NCBI GenBank assembly: GCA_947483415.1
Contig: CANKLV010000001.1
Location: 1-58,613 of the forward strand
DNA length: 58,613 nucleotides
From: Chitinophagaceae bacterium
GTDB lineage: Bacteria > Bacteroidota > Bacteroidia > Chitinophagales > Chitinophagaceae
Direction of reading: 5' to 3'
The number at the start of each line of letters is the position of its first letter. Positions within the stretch are counted from its first letter, which is position 1. The notes beneath the pieces are model-generated. The model did not search any database. It was given only the letters and a program-made list of their open reading frames with translations, and had not been told where the DNA came from. Shown piece by piece: positions 10,750-21,473 of the stretch. Made by a program: the position numbers and the translations under genes.

Positions 10750-11082
10750 TTAGAGACGATTTTGCTTTGTGTCAGTATTGGCTGGTATTATAAAAGAAAA
10801 TGAGTTGGTGAATTGATTCATGTTTGTAATGAAATCTTCAAAAGCAATGATTCCTTTTGGTGTAATTCTACAAATCGTTTGCGGATAATTGCCTTTGAAT
10901 TTCTTTTCGATTTCCAAGAAATCAGCTTTTTTCAACTTTTGTATCTGTGTACTTAAATTTCCAGCAGTTAATTTTAAAGTGTCTTTAATTTGAACAAATT
11001 CAAGTTCATTTGATTTATACAATAATCCAATAATGGAAAGTCGAGATTGAGAAAGTAATAATGGGTCTAGATTTTTATTCAT
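10750..11082 (-). CDS. Winged-helix transcriptional regulator (HTH_34/ArsR-like)
   Basis: LDPLL..SRLSI, LTAGNLS, IEKKFKGNYPQT..IT.KG..AF pattern. Confidence 0.85.
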   Translation of the reverse strand: MNKNLDPLLLSQSRLSIIGLLYKSNELEFVQIKDTLKLTAGNLSTQIQKLKKADFLEIEKKFKGNYPQTICRITPKGIIAFEDFITNMNQFTNSFSFIIPANTDTKQNRL

Positions 11083-11342
11083 GGTTTTTAAAATAAAAGT
11101 TTCATCAATTTTTATTTATAATAATTGGTTTCTAATTTTTAAACAGGTATTAAATCATCGCTTATTTTTTATGCATAAAAAAATTACATATGTCAAATCC
11201 GTAGCATTGATGTTATAATTCTAACAATTGCCCTTTTAAATGGGTTTATTTTTTTAAAAAAATGAAATATTGCTTTGTTTTTTGAATAAATGTGTTAAAT
11301 CCTCCTAATAGTGTAAATTTTATTTTTATTCAAGATATAAAT

Positions 11343-11361
11343 TAGTTTGTAATTTAAACTA
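11343..11361. promoter_or_regulatory. Palindromic operator candidate
   Basis: TAGTTT-GTAATTT-AAACTA inverted repeat upstream of the wHTH gene. Confidence 0.35.
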
Positions 11362-11552
11362 AATTAATTTTTTTATTAAAATGTTAAAGAAATATTTATG
11401 AAATCGGGTTATTTTTTTTATTTAACGATTAATCAAATGAAAATCAAATAGTTATCAATATATTATTTAATAATATCAAATTTAATGCTGCATAAACTTA
11501 TTCACATTTTTAAAAAAAGATTTTTTTTTGTAGGGGCAATTTGTAATTTAGC

Positions 11553-11613
11553 AATAGAATTTAATGGGTTAGTAAGTTCTAGGGTTAGCAGAGATGCTGA
11601 CCCTTTTACTTTT
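11553..11613 (+). ncRNA. Candidate ~55-60 nt two-hairpin small RNA
   Basis: Near-consensus -7 element TAATTTAG (11544-11551). Hairpin TAGAATTT/AAGTTCTA, then GGGTTAGCA-GAGA-TGCTGACCC plus a T-tract. There is no plus-strand gene upstream for it to terminate. Confidence 0.5.
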
Positions 11614-11701
11614 ATAGATTTTCTTTTTCTTTTTTTTATATTTCTCTAATAAATAAAATTCAGTTTTTTTTCTTTAGCATTTTTGCATTTACATTTACTT
11701 C

Positions 11702-13075
11702 ATGAGTAAAACTAAATCATCTTTTTTTTGTCAGCAATGTGGTCATGAAAGTGCAAAGTGGTTGGGCAAATGTCCATCATGTACACAATGGAATACTTTT
11801 GTTGAAGAAGTTATCGTTAAGGGAACAGAAAAAAATAATAAAGACGAATGGAAAGAATACAATGGTATTTCAAAATTGAAAACGATTGCTATTAATGATG
11901 TTATAAGTGCTGAAGAAAAAAGAATCATCACTTCTGATGCAGAATTAAATCGTGTACTTGGTGGTGGCATTGTTTTGGGAAGCATTGTTCTCGTTGCCGG
12001 CGAACCTGGAATTGGTAAATCAACGTTGTTTTTGCAAATTGGTTTGCAAATAAAAAATATAACCACGTTATATATCAGTGGTGAGGAAAGTGAGCAGCAA
12101 ATTAAAATGCGCGCAGACCGTGTTGGGATTTCTAATGATCAATTTTATTTGTTGACAGAAACTGATACACAAAGTATTTTTAAAGAGATAAAAAAATTAA
12201 AGCCTCAATTAATCATTGTTGATTCCATTCAAACATTACAATCTCCGTTTGTAGAATCATCACCGGGAAGCATTAGTCAGATTAGAGAATGTGCAGCTGA
12301 ATTTCAGCGTTTTGCCAAAGAAACCAATACGCCTGTTTTTTTAATTGGCCACATCACAAAAGATGGAAACATTGCTGGTCCAAAAATATTGGAACACATG
12401 GTTGATACCGTTCTTCAATTTGAAGGTGATCGTCATTATGCCTATCGAATTCTTAGAACCTTAAAAAATAGATTTGGTTCTACAGCCGAATTGGGTATTT
12501 ATGAAATGACAGGTCAAGGTATGCGTGCAGTTAGCAATCCAAGTGAAATTTTAATCACCAACAAAGAAGATCAATTGAGTGGTATTGCCATTGCCGCCAC
12601 CATTGAAGGCATGCGTCCATTATTGATAGAAGCCCAAGCGCTTGTAACCCAAAGTGTGTATGGAACGCCTCAAAGAACAGTAAGTGGTTTTGATTTGAGA
12701 AGACTTCAGTTGTTGTTGGCTGTTTTAGAAAAAAGAGGCGGTTTTCATTTCGGGGTAAAAGATGTTTTTATAAATATAGCTGGTGGCATAAAAGCAGAAG
12801 ATCCTTCAATCGATTTAGCCATTATTTCTGCATTATTGAGTAGTTATGAAGATGTGGCTTTACCTCAACATATTTGCTTTGCAGGTGAAGTAGGACTTAG
12901 CGGAGAAATAAGAGCAGTAAATAGAGTTGAACAAAGAATTGCCGAAGCGGAGAAATTAGGATTTGAGAAAATAGTTGTCAGTAAATACAATGCAAAATCG
13001 CTCGATAAACTTAAGTCTAAAATAGAAATCATTGCCCTCGGAAAAGTGGAACAATTATATCAATTGTTGTTTTAA
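11702..13075 (+). CDS. radA: DNA repair protein RadA/Sms
   Basis: C4 zinc finger (CQQCG..WLGKCPSC), GEPGIGKSTL, KNRFG, Lon-like C-terminus. Confidence 0.97.
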   Translation: MSKTKSSFFCQQCGHESAKWLGKCPSCTQWNTFVEEVIVKGTEKNNKDEWKEYNGISKLKTIAINDVISAEEKRIITSDAELNRVLGGGIVLGSIVLVAGEPGIGKSTLFLQIGLQIKNITTLYISGEESEQQIKMRADRVGISNDQFYLLTETDTQSIFKEIKKLKPQLIIVDSIQTLQSPFVESSPGSISQIRECAAEFQRFAKETNTPVFLIGHITKDGNIAGPKILEHMVDTVLQFEGDRHYAYRILRTLKNRFGSTAELGIYEMTGQGMRAVSNPSEILITNKEDQLSGIAIAATIEGMRPLLIEAQALVTQSVYGTPQRTVSGFDLRRLQLLLAVLEKRGGFHFGVKDVFINIAGGIKAEDPSIDLAIISALLSSYEDVALPQHICFAGEVGLSGEIRAVNRVEQRIAEAEKLGFEKIVVSKYNAKSLDKLKSKIEIIALGKVEQLYQLLF

Positions 13076-13084
13076 TTCTTTTTA

Positions 13085-13786
13085 ATGAAATCCCTATCAA
13101 ATATTTTAGAAGATGCGTTACAACTTTTTTATCCGCATGTTTGCGCTGGTTGCGGTGATGATTTGCATGGTAAAATTCAACTGATTTGTTTTAATTGTAT
13201 GCAACAATTGCCACATACAGATTTCGCCAAAATACCAGATAATCAAATCGAGCATATATTTTATGGAAGGGCAAAATTGCAATCCGCTTGTAGCATTTTT
13301 TATTTTTCAAAAGGACAAATTATGCAGCAGTTAATTCATCAATTAAAATACAAAGGCAATCAAGAAATTGGAATTTATCTTGGGAAACTAATGGGAGATC
13401 AACTTTTAAATAGTGGTCGTTTCAAAAATATTGACGCCATTATTCCATTGCCAATGCATCCGGATAAACAAAAAAAAAGAGGGTATAACCAAGCCGAAAT
13501 TTTAGCCAATGGCCTCTCTCAAAAAATGAATACTCCCGTGTTGAATAAAATTATTTTACGTTCAAAAAAAACATCTACCCAAACAAAAAAACAACGTTTG
13601 GAAAGATGGATAAATGTTGACGGAACGTTTGATGTTCAGAATGAAGAAAGCATAATCGGCAAACATATTTTGTTGATCGACGATGTAATTACAACGGGCG
13701 CTACTTTAGAAGTATGCAGTAATACCATTTTATCTATTGAAAACACCAAATTGAGCATTGCTGTTTTAGCACACGCAAGTGATTGA
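13085..13786 (+). CDS. comF: ComF family protein (double zinc ribbon + phosphoribosyltransferase)
   Basis: CAGC..CFNC, RGYNQAE and LLIDDVITTGAT motifs. Confidence 0.88.
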   Translation: MKSLSNILEDALQLFYPHVCAGCGDDLHGKIQLICFNCMQQLPHTDFAKIPDNQIEHIFYGRAKLQSACSIFYFSKGQIMQQLIHQLKYKGNQEIGIYLGKLMGDQLLNSGRFKNIDAIIPLPMHPDKQKKRGYNQAEILANGLSQKMNTPVLNKIILRSKKTSTQTKKQRLERWINVDGTFDVQNEESIIGKHILLIDDVITTGATLEVCSNTILSIENTKLSIAVLAHASD

Positions 13787-13820
13787 GGATTCTTTACATT
13801 CTTTAATCATTAAAACTATA

Positions 13821-13924
13821 TTTGTCCTATAAGGTGGTAAAAAGTAAAAAAGCTTGTCCGCCGTGGCGGATAAAAAGTAAAAAGTAAAAAAACTTCCTAT
13901 TGTGGTGGATAAAAATTAAAAAAC
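13821..13924. repeat. Three degenerate tandem units of a short GC palindrome plus TAAAAAG heptamers (REP-like)
   Basis: TTTGTCCTATAAGGTGGTAAAAAGTAAAAAAG / CTTGTCCGCCGTGGCGGATAAAAAGTAAAAAGTAAAAAAA / CTTCCTATTGTGGTGGATAAAAATTAAAAAA. Confidence 0.6.
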
Positions 13925-13982
13925 CCTCGATTCAACAATTTGGGCTTTTTTTAATTTTTAATTTTAACTTAATAAATTATAA

Positions 13983-15395
13983 ATGAAACGAAAATTATTT
14001 TTTTATTTTCCGATAGCATTTTGCATCATTTTTTTTATGACCTCCTGTAATAAAGAAAATTTCATTACCTCTTCAGACGCAAGTTTATTTTTTACATCCG
14101 ATAGCATTAAATTCGATACGGTTTTTACATCAGTTGGTTCAATTACTAAATCGTTTAAAATCATAAATCAAAACAACCAGAAGCTGCTTTTGTCTGAAAT
14201 CAAATTAATGGGCGGAACACAATCTGCTTTTAGGTTAAATATTAATGGCACTGCGGCAACTCAACTAAATAATATTGAAATTGATGCCAACGATAGCATA
14301 TATATTTTTGTTGCGATAACAATTAATCCTACCCAACAAAACTTGCCCTTTATTTTAAGCGATAGCATCAAAATAAATTATACTGGCAACGAAAAATTTA
14401 TTCAGTTACAAGCTTATGGACAGAACGCACATTTTTTAACCAATGAAAACATTATTGGAGATGTAAGTTGGCAAAATGATTTACCCTATGTGATTCTTGG
14501 CAGTATACACATAAATGAATCTGCGGTATTAACTATTGAATCAGGAACGAAAATATTTGTACATGCAAATGCACCTATATTAGTTGATGGTACACTTATG
14601 ACACAAGGCGCAAAAAATGATGAAGTGATTTTTACTGGTGATCGATTAGATAATGATTACAGTAATTTGCCAGCAAGTTGGCCGGGAATTATTTTTAGAA
14701 CATCAAGTAAGAATAATGTGCTACATTTTACGGTAATAAAAAATGCATATCAGGCGATTCTTGCTTTAGATCCATCAATAAATACATTTCCTAAAGTATC
14801 TATTCATCAATGCACGATTAATAATGCCTATGATGCGGGTATTTTTAGTAATCATTCCGATTTGCTTGTTGAAAATTCGTTAATCAGCAATTGTGGAACG
14901 GGTATTCGAATTATTAATGGGGGGAATTATGAATTTGTAAATTGTACTTCTGTAGGTTATTCAAATGATTTCATGAGCCACAATAAACCTACTTTGAACG
15001 TAAGCAACTACATTTATCAAAATGGAAATCCCATTGCTTCAGATTTATCTGCCCAATTTACCAATTGCATTTTTTGGGGCGAAGGTGGTACAAATACTGA
15101 GGAGATTTTTGTTGACAAATTTGGTAACACGCTTTTTGATGTATCATTTAATCATACATTATATAAAGCCGATGTAGATCCAATTGACGCAAATTTTATT
15201 ACATCAATTAAAAATCAAGATCCCCATTTTGATAGTGTAGATGTGTTTAATAATTATTATGATTTTAGAATAAAGAACAATCCCTTTGCACCAGGAATAG
15301 ATCAAGGTATTAATACCATCTATTTAAATGATCTCGATAATCAAACAAGAATATCTGGATTGACAACAGACATGGGTTGTTATGAAAAACAATAA
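13983..15395 (+). CDS. Lipoprotein with right-handed beta-helix region and choice-of-anchor-Q-like C-terminus
   Basis: Lipobox FMTSC, Asn/Ile-rich beta-helix-type repeats, C-terminal DLDNQTR..DMGCYE. Confidence 0.6.
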   Translation: MKRKLFFYFPIAFCIIFFMTSCNKENFITSSDASLFFTSDSIKFDTVFTSVGSITKSFKIINQNNQKLLLSEIKLMGGTQSAFRLNINGTAATQLNNIEIDANDSIYIFVAITINPTQQNLPFILSDSIKINYTGNEKFIQLQAYGQNAHFLTNENIIGDVSWQNDLPYVILGSIHINESAVLTIESGTKIFVHANAPILVDGTLMTQGAKNDEVIFTGDRLDNDYSNLPASWPGIIFRTSSKNNVLHFTVIKNAYQAILALDPSINTFPKVSIHQCTINNAYDAGIFSNHSDLLVENSLISNCGTGIRIINGGNYEFVNCTSVGYSNDFMSHNKPTLNVSNYIYQNGNPIASDLSAQFTNCIFWGEGGTNTEEIFVDKFGNTLFDVSFNHTLYKADVDPIDANFITSIKNQDPHFDSVDVFNNYYDFRIKNNPFAPGIDQGINTIYLNDLDNQTRISGLTTDMGCYEKQ

Positions 15396-15447
15396 TCTTT
15401 TAGCCTTTGAACTTTTTAATTTAATTGTTGTTTAAAAATAAAAAAGT

Positions 15448-16020
15448 ATGTTTAAAATTATTTTGTTCGCCTTGATGTTAACTGCTTGTGGTTCAACTTC
15501 AATTAAAAATACCAATATGGAAAAAGCAGAAAATATGAAAATCGAATCACCCAAAAGTATTCATCAATTTGTAGTTACAGCCTTGGACGGCGGAAAAATT
15601 GATTTCTCAACCTTAAAAGGGAAGAAAATATTAATCGTAAACACTGCTTCAGAATGTGGGTATACGCCTCAGTATAAAGATTTGGAAACTTTATATAATC
15701 AATACAAAGACAGACTGGTTATAGTTGGTTTCCCTTCAAATGATTTTGGCGGACAAGAACCTGGCACTAATGATGAAATCAAATCTTTTTGTACAAAAAA
15801 TTACAGCGTAAGTTTTCCAATGGCAGCAAAAGTTTCTGTAAAAGGAGAAAGTATCGCTCCAATTTATCAATGGCTCACACAAAAAGAGCAAAATGGTGTT
15901 CTTGATGCAGAAATAAAATGGAATTTCAATAAGTTTTTATTGGACGAAAATGGCATCATCATTTCTAAGTTTGAAAGCAACACCACTCCTTTAAGCAAGG
16001 ATATTACAGACAAGTTGTAA
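15448..16020 (+). CDS. Glutathione peroxidase family protein (Cys-type), predicted lipoprotein
   Basis: VNTASECGYTPQY, GFPSNDFGGQEPG and KWNFNKFL motifs. Lipobox LTAC. Confidence 0.92.
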   Translation: MFKIILFALMLTACGSTSIKNTNMEKAENMKIESPKSIHQFVVTALDGGKIDFSTLKGKKILIVNTASECGYTPQYKDLETLYNQYKDRLVIVGFPSNDFGGQEPGTNDEIKSFCTKNYSVSFPMAAKVSVKGESIAPIYQWLTQKEQNGVLDAEIKWNFNKFLLDENGIIISKFESNTTPLSKDITDKL

Positions 16021-16086
16021 ATAATTATTTCTCTATAGAGTCGATATCTTTTCTCTTTACTGAATTATTTTATTTTAAATTGCATT

Positions 16087-17331
16087 GTGCAGTTTAAAGA
16101 TATTATAGGTCAAAATCAGGTAAAGCAACGTCTTATTGAGATGTATAATCAAAATAGGCTCAGCCATGCTTTGTTATTTCTTGGAAAAGAAGGCAACGGC
16201 ACATTGTCTGCTGCAATGGCTTTTTCACAATACATTTGTTGTGAACGGGTAAACGGAACAACTCCACCTCTTCCCCAAAAAGAAGTCTCCTTATTTGGCG
16301 ATGATTCACCCATTTCAGAAAATGAAAATCAAGAATTTGATATGTCAGATTCTTGTGGCGAATGTCCTTCTTGCTTAAAAGCATCAAAGTTGGTACATCC
16401 TGATATTCATTTTTCAATACCAACAATAAGTGGGTTAAGAACCGACAGGCCAACCATTTCAAATGATTTGATTGCTAAATGGCGTTCTTTTATATTAGAA
16501 AACCCTTACGGAAACACGCATGATTGGTTGCAGTATATTGAAGCTGAGAACAAACAAGCCAACATTACAGCAGTAGAGTGCGAAGAGATCCATCGGATTT
16601 TAAACCTAAAAAGTTTTGAATCGGAGTATAAGTTTCTGATTATGTGGATGACGGAATTGCTGGGAAAAGAAGGCAACAAATTGTTGAAATTAATAGAAGA
16701 ACCACCTCCAAATACGATTTTTATTTTTGTGGCGGAAAACGAACAGCTGATTTTGCCAACTATTCTTTCTAGAACCCAGTTGATAAAATTTTCGATGTTG
16801 CAAACTGAAGAAATTCAAACTGCTTTGGAGTTGAAATACAATATTGATTCAAATAAATCCAAGTTATTTGCCTATTTGTCTAAAGGGAATTTCAGAGAAG
16901 CTTTGCATCAAATGCATCAAATTGAAGATGACTGGGAAGTAACTTTACGAGATTGGTTAAACACCATTGTAAAAACTGGTCCATTTGCTCAAATGAAATG
17001 GGTGGAGGAGATCGCTAAAATTGGTAGAGAAAAACAAAAGCAGTTTCTTCAATATTTTATTTATTTGCTCGAACAAGCTTTGTCGCTAAGGGTTCGAGGA
17101 AATCAAGCGTTAAGTCAGTTAGAGATTACAGAAAAAGTTTCTGCAGAAATGGATTTTGCAAGTCGTTTTAATCGATTGTGTAATATTGCGCAGCAAGAAG
17201 CAATCATCCAAGAATTAGATCATTCAATCTACCATATAGAACGAAATGCAAATGCTAAAATTCTGTTTCATGCATTAACCATTAAGTTATATCATATTAT
17301 TAGCAACAAATCAGTAATTTTGGTCGCATAA
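16087..17331 (+). CDS. holB: DNA polymerase III subunit delta'
   Basis: FKDIIGQ, SHALLF, CGECPSC zinc motif, HPDIH, NKLLKLIEEPP, ILPTILSR. GTG start. Confidence 0.9.
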   Translation: MQFKDIIGQNQVKQRLIEMYNQNRLSHALLFLGKEGNGTLSAAMAFSQYICCERVNGTTPPLPQKEVSLFGDDSPISENENQEFDMSDSCGECPSCLKASKLVHPDIHFSIPTISGLRTDRPTISNDLIAKWRSFILENPYGNTHDWLQYIEAENKQANITAVECEEIHRILNLKSFESEYKFLIMWMTELLGKEGNKLLKLIEEPPPNTIFIFVAENEQLILPTILSRTQLIKFSMLQTEEIQTALELKYNIDSNKSKLFAYLSKGNFREALHQMHQIEDDWEVTLRDWLNTIVKTGPFAQMKWVEEIAKIGREKQKQFLQYFIYLLEQALSLRVRGNQALSQLEITEKVSAEMDFASRFNRLCNIAQQEAIIQELDHSIYHIERNANAKILFHALTIKLYHIISNKSVILVA

Positions 17332-17405
17332 TTGCAAATTATATTTTGATTTGCAATATTTCAAGCGTTGGTACTAAATTTAATAATTGTAAAATTAAAA
17401 TATTT

Positions 17406-18740
17406 ATGGGTTGTGGAAGTTGTGGAACCAGTAAAGATGGCGCACCAAGTGGTTGTCAAAGTCATGGCAATTGCTCAAGTGGTGGTTGTAACAGAATGAA
17501 TGTACATGATTGGCTTGCCAATTTGCCTTTTAGTGATCCTGAAAGCAATTGCAGAGTTGTAGAAATTAGTTTTAATAATGGTAGTCGAAAAGATTATTTT
17601 AAGAATACAACCTTACATTATTATGGAAAAGGTGAAATGGTAGCCGTTGAAGGCGTTAATGGTTTTGATGTGGGCATGATAAATCTAACCGGAGAATTGG
17701 TTCGCTTACAATTGAAGAAAAATAACATTGATGAGAAAAGTCCTGAAATAAAAAAAGTATTGAGAAGAGCTTCGGAACAGGATATTCAAAAAATGGTAGA
17801 AACGAAAGCGAAAGAGGCGAATATGCTGATAAGAAGCAGAGCAATTGCCCGTTATTTAAGGTTAGAGTTAAAAATGGCAGAAGTAGAAATTCAAGCCGAT
17901 GCTAGAAAAGCCACTTTTTTTTATATAGCCGATGATCGTGTAGATTTTAGAGAATTAATAAAATTATACGCTGCCGAATTTAAAGTTAAAGTAGAAATGA
18001 GGCAAATTGGGGCAAGGCAAGAAGCAGGAAAAGTTGGTGGTATTGGAAGTTGTGGTAGAGAATTATGCTGCAGTACTTGGCTTACAGATTTTAAAAGTGT
18101 GAATACAAATGCCGCACGCTACCAAAATTTAAGCATTAACCAAACTAAATTAAGTGGGCAATGTGGTCGTTTGAAATGTTGTTTGAATTTCGAGTTGGAT
18201 ACCTATATGGATGCATTGCAATTTTTCCCGAATGATGCCGATATGTTGGAATTGGCAAAAGGACGTGCATTTCTAATTAAAAAAGACATTTTCAAAAATT
18301 TGATGTGGTACACAATGTCGGATAGCAACAAACATTATCCATTGACACTTGAAACGGTTAAAAGAATTAAAGCCCAAAACAAACAAGGAATTCGTCCTGA
18401 AGAATTGGAGACAGCTGAAATAGTTACTTCAAAACCAAAAGAAGTAGAACCAGAATATGCAGATTTGGTTGGTCAAATTAGCTTGAAAAGTTTGGAAAAA
18501 ACCACAAGAAAGCGTAGAGATAAAGAGCGTAGTCAACATCAATCTGGTCCTCAAAATCAAGGTATTCCTAAGGGTCAGCAAAACCAACCTAGGTCAAATC
18601 AACCCAATACAAGAGGGCCACAAAAAGGCCCGCAAAATGCTGGGAATTCAAACAATAGAAGAAATCAAGAAAGTAGGCCAAATAATAATGGGCCAAGAAA
18701 TCAACAAGGGCAAGGACCAAAGCAAGATGCTGAAAAATAA
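17406..18740 (+). CDS. ricT: PSP1/YaaT-domain Fe-S regulatory protein RicT
   Basis: GGIGSCGRELCC and KLSGQCGRLKCCL motifs, YIADDRVDFREL. The likely start is the ATG at 17406 (MGCGSC), not the TTG at 17346. Confidence 0.85.
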   Translation: MGCGSCGTSKDGAPSGCQSHGNCSSGGCNRMNVHDWLANLPFSDPESNCRVVEISFNNGSRKDYFKNTTLHYYGKGEMVAVEGVNGFDVGMINLTGELVRLQLKKNNIDEKSPEIKKVLRRASEQDIQKMVETKAKEANMLIRSRAIARYLRLELKMAEVEIQADARKATFFYIADDRVDFRELIKLYAAEFKVKVEMRQIGARQEAGKVGGIGSCGRELCCSTWLTDFKSVNTNAARYQNLSINQTKLSGQCGRLKCCLNFELDTYMDALQFFPNDADMLELAKGRAFLIKKDIFKNLMWYTMSDSNKHYPLTLETVKRIKAQNKQGIRPEELETAEIVTSKPKEVEPEYADLVGQISLKSLEKTTRKRRDKERSQHQSGPQNQGIPKGQQNQPRSNQPNTRGPQKGPQNAGNSNNRRNQESRPNNNGPRNQQGQGPKQDAEK

Positions 18741-18824
18741 TTAGATGCTTTTGAAAATATAGTTCATTAAAAATTGATTAGGATAAAGTAGAAAATTTAG
18801 AATTAAAAAGATAAAAATAAACCA

Positions 18825-19730
18825 TTGTCAATATCTGTTACCCATCTTTCAAAAAATTTCGGTGCGCAAAAAGCCGTTTACGACATATCATTTTTGATTG
18901 GCAAAAATGAAATCGTTGGTTTTTTGGGGCCAAATGGCGCGGGGAAATCCACCACAATGAAAATGATAACTGGGTTTCTAAAACCTGAAATGGGCTCAAT
19001 TGAAGTATGTGGAATTTCCGTTCAAAATCAGCCTACACAAACACAGAGAAAAATTGGGTACTTACCAGAGTCGAATGCTTTATATGCAGATATGTATGTG
19101 AAAGAGTATTTGTCTTTTGTAGGAAGTGTATATCATATAGATAATTTGCAATCAAGTGTAAATGATGTAGTTGAATTGGTAGGGTTAACAAACGAAGTAC
19201 ATAAAAAAATCGGGCAATTAAGTAAAGGCTATAAACAGCGTGTTGGCATAGCAGCAGCTTTGGTTCATAATCCAGAAGTTTTGATTTTAGATGAACCTAC
19301 TTCCGGCTTAGATCCCAATCAAATCATTGAAATTAGAGACATCATAAAAAGACTAGCTGAAAATAAAACGGTTATTTTTTCTTCTCACATAATGCAAGAC
19401 GTTGAAGCCATTTGCGAAAGGGTAATCATTATAAACAAAGGGCAAATTGTGGCCGACGACCAATTGATTAATTTGAAAAACAAAACCAATGAAAATCAAA
19501 TGGTTTCTGTTGAGTTTAAAGAAAAAATTGCATCAAATTTATTTTCTGAAATTAAAGATTGTATAAGCATTAAAGAGATAAGTCAAAATAAATATAATTT
19601 TGAAACAAGTAATGCCGTATCGATAAGAAAACAAATCATGGAACTTTGTTTAAACAACAATTTAAATATCGTTTCATTAAATAGCGAAAGCCATAAATTA
19701 GAATCTGTTTTCAAATCACTTACATTGTAA
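18825..19730 (+). CDS. gldA: Gliding-motility-associated ABC transporter ATP-binding subunit GldA
   Basis: MSI.V..LSK.FG.QKAV, GPNGAGKSTTMK, LSKGYKQRVG, DEPTSGLDPNQIIEIR. Confidence 0.75.
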   Translation: MSISVTHLSKNFGAQKAVYDISFLIGKNEIVGFLGPNGAGKSTTMKMITGFLKPEMGSIEVCGISVQNQPTQTQRKIGYLPESNALYADMYVKEYLSFVGSVYHIDNLQSSVNDVVELVGLTNEVHKKIGQLSKGYKQRVGIAAALVHNPEVLILDEPTSGLDPNQIIEIRDIIKRLAENKTVIFSSHIMQDVEAICERVIIINKGQIVADDQLINLKNKTNENQMVSVEFKEKIASNLFSEIKDCISIKEISQNKYNFETSNAVSIRKQIMELCLNNNLNIVSLNSESHKLESVFKSLTL

Positions 19731-19759
19731 TTTTATAAAAATCAAACCATTATTCATAA

Positions 19760-21064
<1,305 letters not shown>

Positions 21065-21176
21065 ATTTCTACAATTGAAAAAATTATTAAATTACATAAA
21101 GTTCTTTTAGCAATAAAAGTTGTTCCCTGAAATTTAAATTTATTTTTAAAAAATAGCCACAATAAATATTTTATAC

Positions 21177-21473
21177 ATGAAGGCGCAAAATTTAGCACTA
21201 AAAATTTTAAAGAATAAATATTTTGTTACCCTTACTTTTTTTGTGGTATGGATGGGTTTTTTTGATACAAAAGATTGGGGATTGATTAGAGAAAGACAAA
21301 TCAAATTGGAAGCATTAGGAAAATCAGAAAAAGAAATGGCTAAATTAATCACTGATACAAGAGCAGAATTAAGCATGTTAAAAACAAGTGCTGAATCAGT
21401 TGAGAAGTATGCCCGTGAAAAATATCTGATGAAAAAAGATAACGAGGATATATTTGTAGTAAAAACCCCATAA
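21177..21473 (+). CDS. ftsB: FtsB/DivIC septum formation initiator family protein
   Basis: Single TM, coiled coil, EKYAREKYLMKK.NE motif. Located downstream of eno, as in many bacteria. Confidence 0.8.
   Translation: MKAQNLALKILKNKYFVTLTFFVVWMGFFDTKDWGLIRERQIKLEALGKSEKEMAKLITDTRAELSMLKTSAESVEKYAREKYLMKKDNEDIFVVKTP

Noticed and set aside
13821-13924. Possible mini-CRISPR (palindromic units in tandem)
   Set aside because: Units are degenerate, the intervening sequence is a low-complexity heptamer rather than unique spacers, and there are no cas genes.
17346-17405. TTG-initiated N-terminal extension of ricT in the ORF track
   Set aside because: An AT-rich leader. The ATG at 17406 with a -7 element at 17315-17322 is the more plausible start. 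The extension of dacB (26782) is rejected on similar grounds.
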